Part shown: positions 56,972 to 64,000 of the stretch, piece by piece
Position numbering within the stretch: position 1 is the first letter of the stretch
Layout of the letters: each line of letters begins with the position of its first letter
Source: Schmidtea polychroa
Taxonomy: Eukaryota
Assembly: GCA_044892525.1 (NCBI GenBank)
Contig: CM097885.1
Span: forward strand, 28,212,001 to 28,276,000
DNA: 64,000 nucleotides
Direction of reading: 5' to 3'
Notes under the pieces: generated by a model
The model's input: the letters and a program-made list of their open reading frames with translations, nothing else
What the model was told of the DNA's origin: nothing
Database searches by the model: none
Position numbers and translations under genes: made by a program

Positions 56972-58438
56972 CAGGTAACCCTCGATTAACACGGTAGTTT
57001 GGTTCCAAGAATTCTCCGTGCTAATTAAAATCGTGTTAATCGAGACTAACAATTAATACAATTCATGGGGTTTGGTTCCAAAAAATTTAAAAAATTATTT
57101 ATGTTTTTGATAGTTTTTATTATTTTCATGCATCCAGTACAAAAAAAAGAAGATTGAAATACAAATAGACTTGAAATCAAAAAATAACAAAAAATAGTAA
57201 AATAAATTCATTCATTTTGCATAGATTAATTCATTTTGCATAAATATCAAAATAAAAATATGGCATAATTTAAAGCCTCGTCAGCAGATGCGGTTTCTCC
57301 TTGAAGCTTCACATTGTGTAAAGAAAATCGTTTCTTAAAATTTTCAAACCAGCCTTTACTTCCTGAAAATTCACGAATTGGGGTCTGTTGTTCAAACGAT
57401 TGTTGGGAAGTTGATGGTTGACTAGGTAAAGCTGGCGCTGGTCTGGTTTCTTTTAGATGGTTAAAAATTTTAACAGCCTTATACCTGATAACATTACCAT
57501 CTAACGGCATTCGCTTTTGCGTATTGTCCTCTATCCAAATCATTAAAGCTTTTTCCATCATTTCCATAATAACGTCTCGAGCATGAGATGTTTTCTTTGT
57601 ACTTATGGAAGATGCAGCTGCAACGCTTTTCCTTATTTTTTCTTCATTTTTTTTTATAGTTCGTATAGTTGCTTCATTGAATCCAAAAGCTTTGGCAACT
57701 AAAGTTGATCCTTCACCTTTTCTTAAACGATCTAAAATTTCAACTTTTTGACCAAGAGATATTGCATTTCTTTTTAATTTTGTTTTGGTTGCTTTCGGCA
57801 TGATGGGCTAGTTTTCTAGAAATTTATGAATTTTACAATAGAATATTAATTAAGAAAAAATCTTACAAATTCACTGTTGTTCAACTTAATATGTATAGTC
57901 CACGACCACTAAAAAATCTTGCTTGAATAAAATTTGAAATGGGAATTATAAAGAATTAAACAAAATTAAACTTTTAAATAAAATTAATCACTTTTATTGA
58001 TTAAAAATCAATTTTTATTTTTTAAAAATTACTTCTTTTCACTACAAGAAATCAGTAATGTATGACTTGACTGGCTTGGACATAAAATATAAAAACATAA
58101 GAAACAGTTACTGCGATTGAGAAAATTTGAAAACGTACATTACATATGTTAACATATTTAAAAAAAAACAAGCCAACTAAGATTGTACAAATTTGAAAAT
58201 GTACATTACATTACATATATTTATTTATATACGTGTATGTACATAAAAAAGTCAACTAAGATTGTACAAATTTGAATTTTGAAACCGTGTTAATTAAGGG
58301 TTTTCATCAATTTTGAAACCGTGTAAAATCAAAACCGTGCTAAAAAATATCGTGTTAGACAAGGGTGTGCCGCAATATTTTAACCGTGTTAAAGCGAAAT
58401 CGTGTTATTCAAGTACCGTGTTAATCGAGGGTTACCTG
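56972..58438 (-). mobile_element. Tigger/pogo deletion derivative
   Basis: 25-bp TIR CAGGTAACCCTCGATTAACACGGTA, TA TSD on both sides. Confidence 0.93.
57247..57801 (-). CDS. Truncated Tigger transposase (CENP-B-type HTH domains only)
   Basis: ISLGQKVEIL..TIRTI, MEKALMIW, FSGSKGWFENFKKR, GETASAD; DDE domain absent. Confidence 0.8.
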   Translation of the reverse strand: MPKATKTKLKRNAISLGQKVEILDRLRKGEGSTLVAKAFGFNEATIRTIKKNEEKIRKSVAAASSISTKKTSHARDVIMEMMEKALMIWIEDNTQKRMPLDGNVIRYKAVKIFNHLKETRPAPALPSQPSTSQQSFEQQTPIREFSGSKGWFENFKKRFSLHNVKLQGETASADEALNYAIFLF

Positions 58439-60849
58439 TATAACAAAATGTATTCGGTAAGTAACTATGATGTAATAATTTAGTGTTGGCTAACTATTTT
58501 CTATAACTTATTTGCTAGATAAGCTTGCAAGGAATTAATATAGTAGCATCCCTAAATTATTCAGTTAAAAGTGATATTTTGAAACCAAGTCGAAGTCAGA
58601 GTCGTACAAATCGTACAAATCGTTCGATTCCGCCTTTTTAATATTTTCTTTAAAGGATAACTTTGCGATATGTGTCAATGAAAGCATTAGATTCATAATT
58701 CTGAGAAAACACAATGTGAAACAATTTCTCGGAAGCAATGTTATTTATTTCGCTTATGTGTAACAGTGCTTACTTTTCTTGTTATTTCTTCGGTCATCGT
58801 TTGGCGGTTGCATATGAGAGTTCTGTCCTGAAAAAATATTATATAATTCTGAATAATTCTGAATAATTCTGAAAATTGCAAGAGTCTTTTTTTACATAAA
58901 ATAAAAATATTGATTTTTTTATCGGATTTCATTTTTTAGTGAAAATAAAAATTTGAGCACTCCGGATTATTTATGATTAATCAGGAATCAAATAAAAAAT
59001 CATCGGTTTATGAATATTTCAACATAAATGAGAATGTATTATTTTTTGTGTGTCATATGAAGGATGATAATGAGAGTGAAATCTTTGGTGCATATACGGT
59101 TAAAAAGCCAACAATCCAAGTAGAGCGTCAAATATGAAACGTTATTTTTAGTAATTTACTGAAAATCATCTCCGAAAAAGATAGCAGCAGAAATAAGGAA
59201 GGATGATATACCTATATCAATTATATAAAGAATATAAACAAATTAGGTAAACATAGCAAATTATAAAATAAAATAAATTGGAATCAGAGTTGGTTGCCGA
59301 TGACGGTGAATTTTGAAACAACTTCAGCCCTGACTGAAAATAACTTAATTAGTGTTTAGAAAATTATTTCTAATTTTCAAATTTTATTAACAATCTTATA
59401 ATATTTGGCAACGTAATAATATAGTGTACAGAAGTTTGGATTTATAAAAACAGGTAATTTTACGTGCTTAGCATGCTTCGACAATAGGTTACTGTCCTGT
59501 GGCCAAACTTGTGTACCCGTTTTCATGAAACAACCCATAGATATAGTTGAAAATGGGTCGAGGGTCGAATATGTAATACAAATGTGAAACCGGGCGGCCT
59601 ATAATGCTAATAAACAACAAGAAGTACTACAAATGTAAGAAAATTAAAAATACAAATTACACATAAATTATGTTGTATATCCGAATTATATGTCACAAAA
59701 TACACTTATGAACCTCTAGTTTCTTTTTATTGGTTTAGGAAAATATTTCACTTTTAATTCTCTCCTTTTAAAAGAAAGAGTTAAACAAAATACATTTGGA
59801 AATCTTATCGGAGTGCTGTCACAAATGTCTTGCAAAATTACCTTAATTTGATTTTATATTTTATAACATTTTAATAAATCCAACAATTTCTCTCTTTATA
59901 TTGAAAATGATGGGAATTTAAATTACTTAAAATTAAATGTGAAATAAATAGAAATTGCAATCGTTTCAAATACAAAAAAACTTATTAACTATTTATTTTT
60001 AGGATTTAAATAATATTCAGGTTCCCAAATTGTGGACATTAAGTAAAAACACAATTAAAAATAATTTCGTCTTTCGACTCCTCACATCAATGGAAATCAA
60101 ACGGAAACATTATACAACTGAAATAATAAATTGTCCAGAATTGGTTTATATTTTATATTTTTAAACTATTAAATCTATTTAATTAAAAAATTAAAACTAG
60201 AATTTAGCACTATATTATTTACAACTGCAATTGAAACTGTAAAAACTTTATTTTGTAAGCATTTGTCCAAGGCTTTTTACACTTCATTCAAATTTCGTTA
60301 TTTATTCTAAAAATTAACTAAATCCTTAGCATTTTTATTTCTTGAATTTAATAAAATACTCTTTAATTATAACATTAGAATACTAATTTTATTTTTCAAT
60401 TTAATGCTTTAGCAAGCATAATACGATAAACAATCCTTAATGCGTATAATAAATCTTACTAAAATTAACTTAGTAAATAATATTTAGTACTTTTTAAAGT
60501 TCCGCTGTTTTAAATATTAACTCGAATAATTTAAACATAAGTGTAAGATTTAATAATCAGAAATTTTAAATACTTACATTTAGGTTATAATAAAATAAGT
60601 TAGAAAACAAAAGTTGAAAATATGAGTATAATATAATTGATTAAAAATCTAAATAAATAGATGAAAATTTTTCACATAAAATGAAATAGAAAAACATTAA
60701 AGCTAGAATTTAGCACTCAAATTTAACCATAAGCTTGGTAAATCAAAATTACGGACTAACGGACTATATTTAATTAAAATAGAAATGTAATAGCGATATT
60801 TTACTGCTACGTAAAGTACATGAAACATGATTTTAAAAATGTACATAAA

Positions 60850-61817
60850 TCATCCAATGACTGATTCCTTGGCTGAAACATTAGAATTTAAATTAATTTC
60901 TTCGGATTTAATTGAATTGTCGCAATTTATTTGGGGTGTTTTGGTAGCATGATTTTCACCAGAAGCTGAGTTTAAATAACTGTTTTCACCTTCTGCAGAA
61001 CCACTTTTAACCTGTGGTTCTTTTCTATCATCATCCTTATTAACTTCATCGTCAACTTCACCCGCTTCTTCATCATATTCTTCGTCATCATCCAGGTCTT
61101 CTTCATCTATAATCGGGGCATCAGTTGAAACAGCTGCGGGATCCTCAGTGCTTGAACTACCTGCTACTAAAGCACTACCATTGGAATCTGCTCTCGGTCG
61201 CTTGACGGGCGGAACATATTGACCAGCTCTGAATTGAGACATTTGCTAGAAAAAATAGTAAATGGAGAATTTTTCAATAACTTATACCTCTTCATATCTT
61301 TGTTTATCCGCTTCTGATTTTTTTTCATATTTCTCTTTATCCGTACATGATTCCCATAATCGACCCAACTCTTTCGCAATATTTCCAACTCTCCAATCAG
61401 GATGGGCTTCTCTGACTTTAGGTCTATATTCGTCACAGAAAAAGAAAAATGCCGACCAAGCTCGCTTTGGTTGCCCTGGTTCTTTAATTCTCCTTCTTTT
61501 TCTTCGTCGACGTCCACCTTCTCCAGTAGGCTGATAGTTATTCATTTCTCTATTAAATCGATCTTTGTCACTAGCCGCCATTTCTTCAAATCTTTTCTTT
61601 TCTTTCGGAGTCATTAACTGAAATAAATAATGTAAAATAATATAATACATAAATCACTAACTTTCCATTTCTCTGCACATTTCTTTGAAAATTCACTAAA
61701 AACAACTTGTTCTCCAGGATGCTTTCGCTTGTGTTCCTCTCGGATAACTTGCACAAAATAAGCATATGCTGACATAGCACCCTTTGGTCTTGGTTTATCT
61801 TTATCTTGAACTGACAT
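60850..61817 (-). CDS. HMGB: High mobility group B protein (two HMG boxes plus acidic tail); exons 61817-61662, 61617-61288, 61245-60850
   Basis: [12 protein letters not shown] and [11 protein letters not shown] boxes; in-frame GT-AG introns; 293 aa. Confidence 0.92.
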
Positions 61818-63362
61818 CTAAATAAGTTATTAATTGTTTAAATCGAATATTTCAATATTAATGGCGACTGACCAATCAAAGAAACTATATAACTTTTAAC
61901 TAATGTTTCTATAAATAGTTCATTAATAAATTGATTTGAAAATAATTGAAAATTAAAAAATATTAAAAATAAAATTCTTACTTTATAAACGAAAAGCTAA
62001 ATATTGTTTCAAATAACAAATATGTCCCGGCTTTGCAAAACTAAAGGCATAGCATAAAACTGTGACTCTTTAATATAACCTATATTAACTTAGCTAACAT
62101 ATAGGCAATTGCTGTGTTCTGTATATGTAGCTAGATAAGGATTATGATTTAGAGCTAGACACTGTTAGCTATGGCTTGTGTATAATATAGCTAACGCTGA
62201 GCTGAATATAAGATACACATTCTACATTTAAGGGCATGTGGACATTCAGCATACCAATTAAGCACACCAAAACAGCATATAAACATTGTGTGTATTTTTG
62301 TACACAAGCCATTAACTCTATCCCTTTTGTTACCCGTGATTATTTGAATATGTACAAATCAACACCAGTGAGTGTATGCGCAATTTTATGATGTTAATTA
62401 TCTGTGTCATACGAACAAGGTATCTGCTTCTACTCTAAAATGGTTTTAATGACTAATCATAGATTGTTTCAGTTTTTTAAGCAAGGGAAGGACATTTTCT
62501 CGTTTACTTTATGTGAAAGAAAATCATTAATTAACAATTTTCTTTCAATCTGGGCATTAATTGATTTCATATTTTATTTTAAATATTTTTAGTTTTACTC
62601 AGTTAAAAATCATAAATTTTTATTTATTTACGAAATATTTTTATGAAGAATAATGACAAATTTTCAGTAGAATTTATTAAAAATGAAACAGAAAATATTA
62701 TTGATTGATCCGAGAAGATTCCAGTAGAGATTTGATTCTTGGTAAAACTTCATCAATTGACGACAGGCCTTAAAATTTAACATTATTAATTTAATTTTTT
62801 TATTTATTTATTTACTAATATAAAGTAGCTAATTTCAATAATTTTATTTTAAACAAATAATTTGGCTTTCGAAACAAAATTAAAGTTCACATAACTTTAT
62901 TTACTTTCTAACTTCAGTAGTTAATTTCTTTTATTTTTTATTTTACAAATAATTTATAAGTAATGTGAATATTTAATAATAATTAATAATCATAATTTCG
63001 AAAATTTTCAATGTTTCGTCATCATACAATATTTCAATCAATAATTAACTATAATTAATTAAAGATTTATGGAAATTCAATTTAATTTCGAAAATTTAAT
63101 ATACAAAAATTGAACTATTTAAACAAATGTATTTGCAAAAATTTTGGTTTCCAAAACCAAATTACAATTTTAAAATAACTTGACAAAATTGAATAAATTA
63201 AGAATTATTCGATTGATAGAAATCGATTTATTGATAGTATAAAATAAAAATATTATGTTATCGATTAAAAATAAAATTCATCAACCAAATTACATAATGA
63301 GTCGAGAACTGAAATAGAAAATTGCTTATCATATTTGAAAGTATTTTCGTATAAAGATAATA

Positions 63363-64000
63363 CAGTAATCCTTCGTTTATCGCGGTTAATCCGTTCCAGA
63401 CTCTATCGCGATAATTTAAATAATGGTATTAAAATTCTAGACATTACATAAAACCTCTCTAGTCACCATTATTTTTAGTACGTATTACCCATTATTGCAT
63501 ACATATATGGATTATACAAAACAAGAGAAAACAAGACATATTATGTATTACACATTATTGTACATACATAACAGTATATTCACCAGGTACATTGTTGTCT
63601 TCTTCCACTGAAGGAGTACTAGGCATAGATAGTGGGTGTCTAATTACACAGCATAGAAACATACTGAGAGTCAATTGCTGGTGCTTTCTTTTCATATACG
63701 TGAGTTTTAGGGTTCTATCGCACCACGAAGGGGCTTTCTGAAACTGTAATGCACGCATCTTTTGTGTGTCCCACCCACCAATCATGTTCTGATTGGCCAG
63801 GCGAAAGGCCAACTTCTTTCTCCTGACCTCCAGAAACCTCTTCCTGGTCCCCCTCCCTCGTTATTCGCAGACTCAATAACCTCCACCAGGTCATCATGGA
63901 GTAAGGGATCCGAACACGTCTCTAGCAGCTCATCCTCGTCATAGCGAGTCTTATCCACTGCCGAGTTGCTTATTTCCACTGGGGTTAATATTCTGTAGCC
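63363..64000 (-). mobile_element. Second Tigger-like element (right end), runs off the window
   Basis: TA+CAGTAATCCTTCGTTTATCGCGG terminus; degenerate transposase C-terminus (RALQF..Y.KRK.QQLTLSMF). Confidence 0.6.

Overview
AT-rich eukaryotic genomic DNA. The ~40-50 nt GT-AG introns and (ATT)n/(TA)n microsatellites suggest a planarian-like invertebrate, but the host is an inference. The window holds two complete Maverick/Polinton (adintovirus-like) endogenous viral elements: Mav1 at 1988-17910 (TSD TTTATT) and Mav2 at 28581-48618 (TSD CTCAAT). A fossil third pPolB lies between them. Both elements carry the canonical core: spliced pPolB, adenain protease, major and minor capsid proteins, pVI-like and pX-like proteins, chromodomain integrase and packaging ATPase. 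Both also carry unusual cargo, namely a TATA-binding-protein (TBP) homolog, a spliced Bcl-2 homolog and three unknown genes; Mav2 adds an IAP-type RING protein and a putative GPI-anchored coiled-coil glycoprotein. The most notable observation is a recurring non-canonical TATAAACAA box about 25-35 bp upstream of several core genes in both elements, which suggests an element-encoded TBP/promoter system. Other oddities include an integrase intron made only of (ATT)n, pPolB N-termini built from duplicated mini-exons with SIM-like motifs, TIRs tiled with transcription-factor sites, and an overprinted myristoylation-motif ORF. The flanks contain two divergent PIM-like kinases, an HMGB gene, and Tigger, Ginger-like, mariner and Penelope remnants.
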